Both the position numbers and the translations under genes were made by a program. A DNA stretch of 59,557 nucleotides, taken from positions 1 to 59,557 of the forward strand of contig JABLTG010000132.1 in the NCBI GenBank assembly GCA_016618085.1, given 5' to 3'. The notes below the pieces were generated by a model that did not search any database, was not told the origin of the DNA, and worked only from the letters and a program-made list of their open reading frames with translations. Shown here piece by piece: positions 10,360-22,352 of the stretch. The DNA is from Neovahlkampfia damariscottae. Its lineage: Eukaryota. The stretch's first letter is position 1. Every line of letters begins with the position of its first letter.

Positions 10360-11987
10360 ATGTTCGCTTCAAAATCGTCTCAAGAGAGTGGTGATGATGC
10401 TTGTGTAATGATTGAATTGATATGTGGTGAAGATTTCAAAGCAAAAGAAGAAAATGGCACAAGAAATTCATACGTCATTTTCAAAACCCCAAATACTTCA
10501 GTCAAGAGTAAAACGGTTTCAAAAAATTTGTATCCAGTTTGGAACCAAACATTACACTTGACAATTCCAAAAGAACAAATAAAAAACGATGGAAGGATTG
10601 AAAGTAATTCACAAAAAAATCATTAACACAAAAAGTTGAATGTTATGACTCTCATTTTTTAGGTTCAAAAGATTTGATAGGAAAAACATCTATTAACATT
10701 AGAGAACTCAGAGATGAAGAAACTTCATTTGAAAAAAATTTTGACATTGAGAAAACTGGATTGCTAGTTTTCAAAATGACAGCAATTAATTTTGAAAGTG
10801 TTTCCGAATTTATGGGTATTATTAAAGCATCAGCTGAAGAATTAGTACTGAATAAACTCAAAGAATCGAAAAATAGCGGTTTAGGTGAAAAAATACTCAA
10901 GCAATGGTCAGAGAATCTTTCAGATGAAAATAAGTTAAAAGAGAAATATTTAACTACAAATTGGATGGAATCAATGAAATTTCAAGAGACAATTAATCAA
11001 TCTTTTAATTATCAACCTTCAGATGAACGTGAAGACATTAGAAAGAGAGTAACAATGATTTCAAAAGAAGAAGAAACATTCACAGGCACTCACAGATTCA
11101 CAAAAGAATTGAAAATTAAATTATTATTTGTTGATCACATTAAAGATGATAAACTTCAAAATAATTTGAGAAAACTTTTTTCACCACTAATCAGTGAGAT
11201 TGGAGACTACACAAAATTTGGAATGTTTCATACTGCGCTATTGATAGGTCCATGGTTATTAGAATGGAATGATTCAGCATTATGTATACCAAGAAAATGT
11301 GTTTCTAAGTCCGCTTTTTTAACTGCTGATATTGGAGAAATCACAACAAAAGAAACATTGGAATCTGTCCGTGAAAAAATAGCCAAAGTTATAACAAATT
11401 GGAACGTAAATTACAGTTATTCGATGATTTTAAAGACTAATAATCATACTGGAAATTGTCAAACTTTTGTTGATGAAATGTTAAAAGAGTTAGGAATTGA
11501 ATTAAAATTTGATGGGGCAATGGCAAAATTCATTAACACTTTGAAGAAAAATGGAAGTTCAAAATTGATTTATCATTTGAGTGATGATATAAAATATCTA
11601 ATTGAATCCAGTAAAAGCGAGATTGAGTTCCAAACTCATCAAGAATTGGATAATTTTATAGTGAAATTACTTGAAATTGAACCGACATTTGCGAAGGAAT
11701 ACAAGCATGATTTCAACTTATTAAAGAGCTTTGACAGAGCACTTTGGTTGAAATTCTTAAAATCTCAAGACGAAATCAACTATTTGACAGGGAAAATCGA
11801 ATTTTTGGAAGCAAAATATGATTTCAAACCAACAACAAAACTTTTTGAAAAAATTCAAAACCATAAAGCACTTTTGGCTTCTCAAGAGAAAATTAATGAA
11901 ATTACAAAACCTATCGGTGAATTTACAATGTTTGAATGTGCCGATTGTCCATTTGGTCATCCAGCTGAAACAAAATCATTTTGGTGA
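10360..11987 (+). CDS. C2-domain protein with PPPDE/permuted papain-like peptidase domain
   Basis: C2 pattern (KSKTVSKNLYPVWNQ...IECYDSHFLGSKDLIG) after intron 10604-10635. FHTALLIG followed by GNCQTFV gives the His-before-Cys dyad of permuted papain folds. Confidence 0.7.
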
Positions 11988-11997
11988 ATGAAATTTT

Positions 11998-13915
11998 TTA
12001 TTTTTTTTTTGAATTCAAAATATGAAGAGATGAATCTATTTCCGAAATTGCTGTTTTGTATTTCAATACCGAATCAGATCCAAACCAAGTCAGTTCTTTA
12101 CTTGATGTGTTCAACAATTCTAATGATTTTCTGATTTCAGGTGCAAATTGATCAATTGTTTCCAACTGATAAAAATTCCATAAAAACATTTTTAGCTTCA
12201 GATAGAGTTGAAAATACAAATGAGCACTTTGTTCAGGAGCATTGTGAAATTCATCAACTATTAAAGGTTAATGAATTGTTTTTTTTTCTTACCAATTTTG
12301 TTAAACATATCTGTTGGAATGGATGTTTTCAAATAATATTCACATAATTTTCTTGTAAAGTTAATAATTTGAGGAAGTTGGAAAATCAATTTGATAACGT
12401 ATTCGTTCAATATTGGAAATTTTTTGATGAAAACTGATGCAAATTCATCAGATTCCATTAGTTTTGAAATTATCTGGAAAATAGTAAATTTTTCAGTTAC
12501 TTCTTGAGTTAATAAACAATCTGTCAAAAAATCAAAAATTATTTCTTTCTGAAGTTGTTCAAATTTATCTCTTGAAAAAGTGTTAAAAATTTAAATGTTA
12601 AATTTACATTGAATTTGAAAGTAAATTCAAAAAATTTCCAAAATTCTCTTTTGGTGGAGATTTTTCAACTCCTTTAACTTTTTCTTCCTCTTTTGTGTTT
12701 TCATTCCATCCATATACATGAAGAATTTCAATCAAAGTGGAAAAATCAAAAACTTCATTCTTAATCATACAATAAGCATTTCTATGGTATCTAGTTCCAA
12801 ATGATGCAATATTTAACAACCTAAAAACAATAAATTATTTAAGAAAAATTTACCTGTCAACAGAAAGATCATTGGATGGTAACATAAATTTCAAATTCTC
12901 CTTTGGAATACCAGAAATTTTTGGAATCTAAAAATATGAATCAAAACATCATTCTTACTTCTTTTGGTGTCATAAAAGTGTGATAGAACATCTTTACGTC
13001 CTCCTTTGGTGTTATATTGAGTTCTTCTTCTTCTTGGATTGTGGACATCTCTGTTTGATAACTTTTTGATAATTCTTGTATACTTTCATCAATTTTAACT
13101 TGACTTTGAACTTCTTTCTCTCTTTTTTGTTTCTCTTTTGATAATGATGCCAAAATATCCAATGAAGGAGATGACTTCAATTTTGCTTCTTTTTTTTTGG
13201 AAGTATTCATTCCTGGTAAACTACAATTCAACAAATCATCTTCGTCTTCATCTTCTGGCATTTGAAATTTTTTTTTTCTTTTTTTTGGTGACGGTGTCTT
13301 CATCATTGTCTCAGCTTGTTTTTCTTTTTCAAGTGATTCTATTGGTCTTTTTCTTAAAACTCTTTCAGAGGTGTTTTCTGGTTCAGGTGATACAATTTCA
13401 GTTTCTTTTGGTGTTTCTTGTTCTATTTGTTTTTCTACTTCTTTTGGATTTTCTTTTGGTTTGGTTTGTGAAATATCAGACTCTTCTTCCATTTTATCTT
13501 CAATTGGATATGAATCTGATTCTCCTTCTGTTTCACTGAATAAAATCTTTATTTCATCTTGAGCTTCTTCATCTTCTGAAAAATTATTTTCTTCCAATGG
13601 AATATTATCAAGAAACTCTCTTGTTGCTTCAGGTGATACCTTTTGAAATTCAAACTTTGGTTTTGTTTTTTGTTTTGGTGTTATTGGTTTTGACTTTTGT
13701 CTTGGACTTTGTTTTGGTGGTTTTGGAGAAGTAGTATCAACAATAACAAGTTTTCTTGGACTTTCAGAAGGTGAAATGATTAATTTGGGTTCATTTCGTT
13801 TTCCAAACAAACTATTATAGCTGGAAGCTATTTTTTGTTGTTTTGTAACTTTTTGTGGTTTTTTTATCACTGCTGGTTTTGAACTTGCTTTTGAGGTCGG
13901 TTTTTTTTCATCCAT
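11998..13915 (-). CDS. Hypothetical nuclear protein (disordered S/P/K/E-rich N-terminus with NLS, helical C-terminus), multi-exon
   Basis: Successive minus-strand ORFs (12941-13915, 12604-12819, 12261-12527, 11998-12219) separated by short GT-AG-type gaps. PSPKKRKKK NLS. Exact exon borders not all resolved. Confidence 0.55.
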
Positions 13916-14056
13916 TTTTTTACAAAAGTTTTTGTTGCGGCGTAAAGTTGATTGCTTCATCTTTGAGTAAAAAGGAAAATGATTGGTTGTTCAATGTTGT
14001 TAATTTTTCGAATTTTTTCATCCAACAAAATCCATCAATGAAAAATTTATTTTTGA

Positions 14057-15238
14057 TCATTTAGATTGCTCAAATTCATTTATTTTCTCTAACCATTCCT
14101 TTGGACATTCGTCTTCGTTTGTATTCAAAAAAACAGGGGAGCAAAATAAAGAAGACGGCATTTTGATGTACTTTGTAGCACATTCACCTTCCAGGATTGG
14201 ATATCCTTTTTTAGATCTTGAAGCCATTGTCCAACCGTCATATAATACAATAGGTGAATCAAAAAGCATCACAAATGGAATGATCAAAAATCCCACAAGA
14301 AATGCACACAAAGTGATAGCAATTGTATTCGCAACTAAAGAAAATGCTGCAATTCCAAATCCTTTTTTCCATTGTCCTAAAGCTATATGACCTAAACCTG
14401 GCTGTAGAATATTCAAAAGTGTTACAACAATCGGCTCTTTTAACAAAGGTTTCACCCAAACGATTTTTGCATTTTCATCAGTCGCAGAGTCCAACTCAAA
14501 TCCTCCAATTGAATCCCTGCTGAAACATTTAAATAAAAAAGCAAAGCATTGCAAAAATCCAAATATTGAATATGTAAATTGACAACCAAGCAAAGACACA
14601 ATTCCTGATCCAGCCAAACAAAAAACAATCAACGATAACACAATCATTAAAACTGATCCTTTGACAACAACAATTACAAATATTGAATAATAAAAACTAG
14701 AAACGAAATTAACTTAAAAATAACAATACTAATAAAAGAATGGTGGTATAAAGTAAAGTGAAATGAATACAACTCCCAAACCAAATATAGAACCCAAAAA
14801 AACTAATATTGTAGAAACAATTCTATTACAAGCTTTAGTGGTATGAACCACACCAAATCCAAAAAATGCACTTTTTCATTTTTTTAGTATATTTTTTTTT
14901 TCTCACGCAAAAGTTCCCAAAAAAACAAGGAAAAATTGAGCAACAAAACCAAAGGCTAAAGTCCATGTGACCCAGTCAGTGTCCGGTATTATTGTTTTAC
15001 CAGATAGTGCTGGTGTTGTTCCGTTGTAGTAATATGCTGAAATAATTGGTGTCAATGAGTTAACAGTGGCCAAACAAAAAATTGAAAAAAAATTTGATAA
15101 CAATAGTAGGAAGGCTCCAAGGAGCATCAGGACATTCATAGCATGTATTGATAAATCTACTAAAAGTAATTTTTGTTTTCTTTCTTTTTCTTTTTTTTCA
15201 GTGTCGTCAATTTCCAGCTTTTCTACTTCCATCACCAT
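14057..15238 (-). CDS. Multi-pass membrane protein with TM2-like motif, 3 exons
   Basis: Hydrophobic exons joined in frame by introns near 14871-14907 and 14697-14729. LLNILQPGLGHIALGQWKKG is a TM2-domain-like motif. Confidence 0.6.
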
Positions 15239-15406
15239 TCAACGAGATGTTCGATTTTTTATTGGACAAAAATTTATCCGTTACTTAGTTCTATTGATGC
15301 AACCATCCTTTCGTCAAAAAAATATGAATTGGTAACCCTTTGACTTGAAAAAAATTACATAAACTGGAAACGATATGATTGGTGTGTTAAAACCTCACGT
15401 CTGCTC

Positions 15407-16582
15407 ATGCACTCTTTGTGTTTGTTTCTTTTGTCTCTGTTTTTCCTCAGTTCAAAGTCACTATTCACGGAAACAAGAACTTTCACAGACTCAACATGTA
15501 CAACTACCCATTCCACAACTTATGTCTCACAAACGAGTTGTGGTACAAATACTACATGCATTTTCAACTCGGAATCAAATGTGTATGAATCAAAAACATG
15601 CGTTTCATCAAGACCTATAGTTCCTTTAGGAAAAGGAACAGTGTTCACTCAATTTTCGGACTCTTCTTGTACTTTAAACCCTGTCTCCGTTTACACTACA
15701 CCTTGTGGATCATCAGCAATCACTATTAACGCCACAATTGCAAATAAAATTGCTAGTTGTTACAAATCAAATTATGGACCAGATACAGCTCCTGGAGATG
15801 GAATATTCTTATTTACAAACTACACATTGTGTGAGACTCCGAGTCTCAGAACAATTCCATCAACCCACACAACAATAAACACATGCTATCAACTTTCAGA
15901 TGGAACTTATGTCAAAATTGAACAATGTGGAAATGATAGCACAGTAATGTATGCTTTCTTTGGATTCAGTCCCTATCTTGCCGGTATCATATGTTTTGGA
16001 TTATTAGGAGCTCTTTGTTGTTGTGGAATATTGCCATTTTGGTGTTTGACTTATGGAACATTCAAAATATTGCAAAAAAAATTCTGGAGAATCAAAACTC
16101 CTTGTCCTCATAAAGAGTGTTTGAAATGCGGTCATAGTTGCCATAGAATGAGTACATGCTATGAAAAAATCGGAGAAACACAACATTGGGTGAGAACTAC
16201 CACCTTTTCAGATGGAACTGTGGAAAAATCACATTCATATATTACACCAAGATGCAGTTGTCGATTTTGTGAATGTTCAAAAAAAGCATATTTGTCATAT
16301 TGTGGATACAGAGCGATTTTTGTGTCAATGCAACTCTCTTTTTGCTTTTTGATGACTTGTGCCTTTTTTTTGATCGCAATTGTTTTCAATCTCATAGGTC
16401 CTCGAATCAGTAGCATCCCAAGAGATTCTTTAACTTTGTTTCCGCTTCTCACTTACAGTTGGGGAATTTGGGTATTATCATTGGCTGTTTTTTGTTGTTG
16501 TTGTTGTCTGGGATGTTGCTCTGTCATCATGAGAAGATTCTTTTCAGTTTGTTGCATTGATCCCATTTTACCAGAATTTTAA
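15407..16582 (+). CDS. Cys-rich cell-surface membrane protein (signal peptide, ~3 TM)
   Basis: Intronless. Signal peptide, Cys/Thr-rich ectodomain with FTDSTC/FSDSSC repeats, TM segments with poly-Cys, and a Cys/His-rich loop. Confidence 0.7.
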   Translation: MHSLCLFLLSLFFLSSKSLFTETRTFTDSTCTTTHSTTYVSQTSCGTNTTCIFNSESNVYESKTCVSSRPIVPLGKGTVFTQFSDSSCTLNPVSVYTTPCGSSAITINATIANKIASCYKSNYGPDTAPGDGIFLFTNYTLCETPSLRTIPSTHTTINTCYQLSDGTYVKIEQCGNDSTVMYAFFGFSPYLAGIICFGLLGALCCCGILPFWCLTYGTFKILQKKFWRIKTPCPHKECLKCGHSCHRMSTCYEKIGETQHWVRTTTFSDGTVEKSHSYITPRCSCRFCECSKKAYLSYCGYRAIFVSMQLSFCFLMTCAFFLIAIVFNLIGPRISSIPRDSLTLFPLLTYSWGIWVLSLAVFCCCCCLGCCSVIMRRFFSVCCIDPILPEF

Positions 16583-16611
16583 AAAAATTAATAAAGAATT
16601 CTCCAATTTTT

Positions 16612-17562
16612 TTATTCTTGAATTGTTGAGTATTCATCTTTTCTATTCAAATAAGATTTGATGTTCACAATTAACCTATTTATCAAAACACATCCAACTG
16701 TGAAGAAAAATAATAAAAGCATTGTGCTTGCAGCAATCATGATTGCATAAGGACATTGTATGCCATATACTCTACATTCGAAATCTGGTTGTAAGGAAGT
16801 CATATTTCCACATGCTTTTCCACATGTGCTACATCTACAACTGTCCTGTCAAAATTTAGTGGATCAAAAATTTCAATCTTACTTTGCAATCAAATATTGG
16901 TCCCAAGTAGCCACGACTATTATCAGGAACCATATCAAAAATAATTTGAGGATCTGTTCTGGCAACTAAAAAGACACCATGAAAGAAATCTTCTGCTGTG
17001 GGGTATTGATTTCTCAATGATGTAGCTCCGACAATATTATCCATGCAACTTTCTTCCCAAATTCTTCTTCTTGATTCCTTAGTCATTGAAAATGTAAAAT
17101 TTTCAACGAATCTTTCATAAGGAGGTTCTTTCATTGCCACAATTTTAACCATTTTATCTTGATTCAATCCGCAATTATTTTCACAAAACATATCTCTTAT
17201 TGCCCAAATACAAGCTTTTTTTTAATTTAAAAAAGCAAAAAAATCGAACCTGGACATCTGAAGAAGACGATTGAGATTCTTGGAAATTCTTTGTACATAT
17301 TTTCGACTTGTGTTGTGTTACAGCAAACTTTCTGATTAATATCAAATTGACATATTTCATTTAGCATCTTATGATGCTTCATAGGTAACTATAAGATTTT
17401 AATTTTGAATGAATGAAGACTTACTCGAATTGGTATTTTATTTGGCACAGTCGGATAACTGGCACCACCATTGTATGTTATATCTGGTGAAGTATGTACA
17501 CAATCACTCTTAGAATAGATGATTAAACAGCAGATGGCTATAATCCATTTGAGTGAATCCAT
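16612..17562 (-). CDS. Stand-alone NPC1 N-terminal (sterol-binding)-like domain with one C-terminal TM helix, 4 exons
   Basis: Signal peptide from ATG 17562. The spliced sequence VCCNTTQV...FFRCPACIWAIRDMFCENNCGLNQ...SCRCSTC mirrors the NPC1 NTD cysteine pattern. One TM helix and a YSTI tail. Confidence 0.7.
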
Positions 17563-17725
17563 GTTAACAGTTGAATCGTAAAAATTTTTGATTGGACAAA
17601 TTCATCTCACATTTTTCCATTTTGAAATCAAAACAAAGAGCACAAGAAAAATGTTTCTAAATAATCAAATTCTCATTAATTTTGTCAAAAAAAAAAAAAA
17701 ACTTGAAACTTTTTGATTCGTCAAA

Positions 17726-18649
17726 ATGTCCAAGAGAAAACAAGAAGAAAAAGAAGAACCAAACAAAAAACAAAAATTATCAAAATCATTGAAAGACTAT
17801 TTTGAAATTCCAAACTACAAAACAGAAAAAGAGTATACAACTCATTTTATTGAATTCTCTGATTTTTTATTGAACCAAACTGTTCTGACCATTTCAGACA
17901 CTCAATTCCGCTTCACAGAATTAGAATTTTATTACACAAATGAAACACATTTTGATCCATTTACTCATAAATCTGACTTGCAACAACAATCAGGAAAATG
18001 GTATTTTCACACAATGCCAAACGGTTCTTTTAAAGGGTAAAAAAAAAATTAACAAACTTTCTTTATTAGTGGATCTTTCAAAGGTTTAGATATCACAATA
18101 GGAAATAAAGATGCTTATGGTGGTATTTTAATCAGAGGTATTCAAAATTTGGAGACAAAAAGAATTATTGATGGTCCTTCTTTGTGTGTTGACACAATTT
18201 TATCATTAAACAATTCAGAAAAAGTGGATACATTAGCAAAGATTTTGAAAGACAAACATGAATTATCTGTAATCAATGAAGAGTCCCATTTAAATATTAA
18301 AGAATCAACCAATCTTTCACCATTAAAAGTACATAAAAGTGCAAGAGTAGGATTAACTTTAAAACAAAAAGATCATAAAGAAAAGAGATTAGAATATCTA
18401 TTGAAGTTTTATAGGTTCTTCAGTTTTCCTCAAGATATCAAAAAAGGAAAGAATTATATGGTTATTGCTGCTTATCATTTGGGAGACTCTGTGAGTGATA
18501 TTGTTAAAACATTCAGAGCACAAAAGAAAAGCGTTGAAAATTTCATTGAACTATACAAAAAAGGAGGTGATGTTGAAAAATATTTTGGTGCGAAGTTGAC
18601 AAATGATGATTTGGCTATTTTACATGGTGCTTTAAAAGAACATCTCTAA
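17726..18649 (+). CDS. Methylpurine-DNA glycosylase (AAG/MPG)-like fold protein
   Basis: RFTELEFYY, DPFTH, GKWYFH, GGILIRGI, IIDGPSLCV and SARVGL motifs. Intron 18037-18069. N-terminal bipartite NLS. Confidence 0.6.
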
Positions 18650-18880
18650 TTACAATAATTATTTATTTTTTTCATTTTATTTTTGAAAACATCTCATTGG
18701 ATATTACGGAGTTTTTGTCTTTTTGTCCACGGAGAAAATTCATAGAATTTTAGACAAAAGTTTTAAATTTTACCCAAGCAGCTTCAATTAAAAATCGTGT
18801 CAAATGACAGCCAATCAAAACTCCTTATTTTTTTTAACGTTGGTGGAAGAACTGAACACTGTTTTTGAGAAAAAAAAACA

Positions 18881-20391
18881 ATGACAGATAAAAAAAAAGA
18901 TGTTGAATTAAAAGACGTAAACGAAGCACAAGCTCAAAAAGCAGCGATTTTAAAAGCAATGGAAGATTCAATAAAACCACAAGAATATTACCCAATGCCA
19001 ATTGATTCAATTACCTATGTCGAACCATCAGAAGAACAAGTTGTTTGGATGAAAGTAAATGAAGAAAATGTTATTAGAGAAGGAACACTTAATGTTTTAG
19101 TTCAAGAATTAACTTCACATGTAAATTATGATTCCAACTTTATCGATATTTTTATGTTAACCTATAGAACATTTTGTGAACCTGATACATTATTTGATAT
19201 GTTGGTTGAAAGATATAATATACCTCCACCTATTGCTTGTACTCCACTTGAATTCAATACGTTTAATAAAGAGAAATTATCAAAAGTACGTATTCGTTGT
19301 GTGAAGACATTCAAGTATTGGATTGAAACTTATTATCATGATGACTTTGAAGGAGACGATTTAATGAAACAAAAACTAAATGATTTTTTTGATGAATTAG
19401 AAAATATAAAGGGTGGTACTGCTCATAAAAAACCAATTCAATCTGCTATGGCTAAACAAGAAGCACCTGATTCAATTGATTTAAGAAGAACAAGAAATAT
19501 AGATCCAAAGAAATGTCCAAAAACAGAGAAACCAGGTAAAACTTTAAAATTTGGAGGTCGTGATGATATAACATTCAATCATCCAATTTTAGAATGGCCA
19601 TCTGTTGAAATTGCTCGTCAAATTTCATTAATTTCATATTCAAGTTTTAAAAAAATTGAACCAAAAGAAATGTTAAACGAAAATTGGAATAAAGGAAATA
19701 GAGAAAAAAGAGCTCCAAATATTGATAAAACTGTAAAATTTTTTAATAGTTTATCATCATGGGTTTCTTCAACAATTGTTCAAATTAGAGATAAAAAAGA
19801 AAGAACTCAATACATTACAAAATTTATTTATATTGCTGAAAGATTAAATGAAATGGGTGACTTTAATTCAATGTTTTCAATATTTTCTGGATTAACTTCA
19901 CGTTCAATTTATAGATTAAAAGACTCTTGGAATGTAAAAAAAAAAAAAAAAAATTCACAACTTTTCTTCATTAGGGTCTTCATATATATGTCAAAGCATC
20001 TTTTGAAAAGTTATTAAAATTAATCACAAGAGAAAAAGATTTTGAAGCGATTAGAGAAAAAATCAAAACTGTTAAACCACCTTGTATCCCGTACATTGGT
20101 CTTTATTTAACAGGTTTATCATTTATTGAAAGAGATTATCCAAAATATGTTTCTGGAAAAATCAATTTTGTTAAATGTCGAGCAGTAACCTTAAAAAAGA
20201 ATTTTAACAAAATTTTTTAGTTTGCTGAATTAATTAGAGATTTACAACTTTATCAAGCTGAACCTTTTTCTTTTTTTGCTGTTGATACTTTAGCTGAATC
20301 ATTAAGTGCTTTACATCATTTTTGTATTCCTGAAGAAAAAATCTCACAAATGAGTTTTGACATTGAACCAAAAAAAGCAACACAAAAATAA
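18881..20391 (+). CDS. Ras guanine nucleotide exchange factor (REM + CDC25), 3 exons
   Basis: FMLTYRTF (REM), EIARQISL, FFNSLSSWV, DFNSMFSI and PPCIPYIGLYL. Introns at 19934-19974 and near 20185-20220. Confidence 0.9.
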
Positions 20392-20409
20392 AAGACAATT
20401 TTATTTTAT

Positions 20410-21924
20410 TAAGACTGGAATATAATTAGTTATCAGATAAACTGACAGGACTTTTATTCCAACAATTGATTTAAAAAACATAGGATTTATTTAAATTTGA
20501 AACTTAATTCTCCGATTGTAGAAAAACCATAAGGAAAGTGTTGATGTTTTTTTTTATAGACATATTTTCAGTGTTCAATTCTTTGTGATACTGACTAAAA
20601 GAAAAAGAAAAAAAATGAAAAAACTTACTTGCAAGATGTAGTTCTTCTAAAGAATCTTTTTTTTTCAAACCTTCAGTGAGGCAATTAAATCCTTCATGAT
20701 CCATAAGTGTTTCTGAAAAAATATGAATTTGATTCAAATGTGGTTCTACTATTTAGATTTAAAATTCTTAATTTGCTGTTTAATGAGTACTTCTCCTAAA
20801 TGTTTAAGTCCAGCAGATGATATTAAATTCACTAAGTTTTAGGTGTTAATTTTCATTGGAATGAGCTTACTTGAAAGGTCCAAATCTTCTTTTCTTTCAA
20901 AGAATTGACAAGTGCTTTGCAACCTTCTAAATCACAGAAATTTGAAGAAAGTCTTAAAACTGATAAAAAAATATTCTTTTGTAGAGCTTCAGCTATAAAA
21001 ATACATCCTTCTGGTTTGATTCCATTCTCTAATCAATCAACTAAAAAACAATTTTTTTCATACTTGTTAAGTACAATTTTTCCAATGAATTGTTCTTTGA
21101 CACACCTTCTGAGATTAACTTGGCACCTTCATCACCGATTTCATTATCTAAAAAATTAATTTTTTTTCTTTACTTTCCAAAGATAAAAATTTTAAACTTT
21201 TGTTTCTAAAATTAATTGAAAGTATTGACAATCAGATGGACCGATATGATTTCCTTTTGATGGTAAAAAAATAACAATTTTTACCATTTAAAATTAAACT
21301 TTGGAAATTAGAATGTTCTGTCAAAGCATCAGGAAGATATTTTAACATGTGGCAAGATGAATTATTTGAGTAATCAAAATTCTTCATTTGTTTCTTTTCT
21401 TTAATTAATTGAACTAAACCCTTGAATTTTCTTCATCAATTTCGTTGTCTGATATTTTTTAATAAAGTTATTTCTTTTACTGTAAACAACAATTGAATTG
21501 ATTGTTGAATTTTTTTTGAAACCTGAAATTAACAATTTCCAGCCATTCTTTGATATTGAATTGTCTAATTTTATAAGTCAAAAGTATGGTTTTACATTTC
21601 AAAAAGATGGTTTCTATTGCTGAATTATTTTCAAAAGTTTGAGCAAGTGTATCACAGGCTTCATCGTTCATATTAATTGCTTTTTAAAAGATTTAATTTT
21701 TCTGAAATATGTATACAAATTAACATGAGTCTTTTCAAATTTGGTATTGAAACGTCTATTTCTTTGAGTATTTCACCAATATCTGTTGGTTCCAAAGAAT
21801 GTTGCTTCATTATTTCGTCTTTGATTTAAGTATTGAATATTTTACTAGTTAGGCAGAGTTTATCATCTTGAATCAACTCAAGAAGTTTTTTTTGTTTTTG
21901 TTGTGGTGATTTAGAATTGCCCAT
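20410..21924 (-). pseudogene. RI-like leucine-rich repeat gene, intron-rich, with apparent frameshifts
   Basis: Starts MGNS (myristoylation-type). LRR exons such as NEIGDEGAKLISEGVSKNNSLEKLYL. The frame breaks near 21428 and 20890. The 3' end is approximate. Confidence 0.55.
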
Positions 21925-22352
21925 TGATTGGTGGATATTTCAAAAAAGGAAAAATTTAAAGAAAAAGTATATGGCAATTTGGCTCACAAGGATGACGAAA
22001 CATCGAGAATTCTGATTGACTTTGAATAGACAAGTACATTGTCTTCTGAAGATAACAATGCCATACATATTTTTGAAAGGATCAATTGAACAAGAAAGTG
22101 AACTCATTCAAGTAAAAAACAATAGTCCTAACAAAGAAAAAAAGAAGGAGAAAATGCTCACAACATTAATATTTTGATGAATAAGTTGATTTTTGAAACT
22201 AAAGAGAATAAATTTTGAACTGTCATCTTTTATTGTATTGTAACTTTGGCAGTTTTGTAAAGGCCTTCTGACCAATCAAAAGCAATTTGTATTTATTGGA
22301 AGGTTGAGTTTTAGAAAGAAAAAAATTTGATTTTTCATTCACTGTTAATAAC

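Noticed and set aside
21930..22350. Possible gene relic upstream of the ABCC gene
   Set aside because: Only short broken frames with no identifiable motif.
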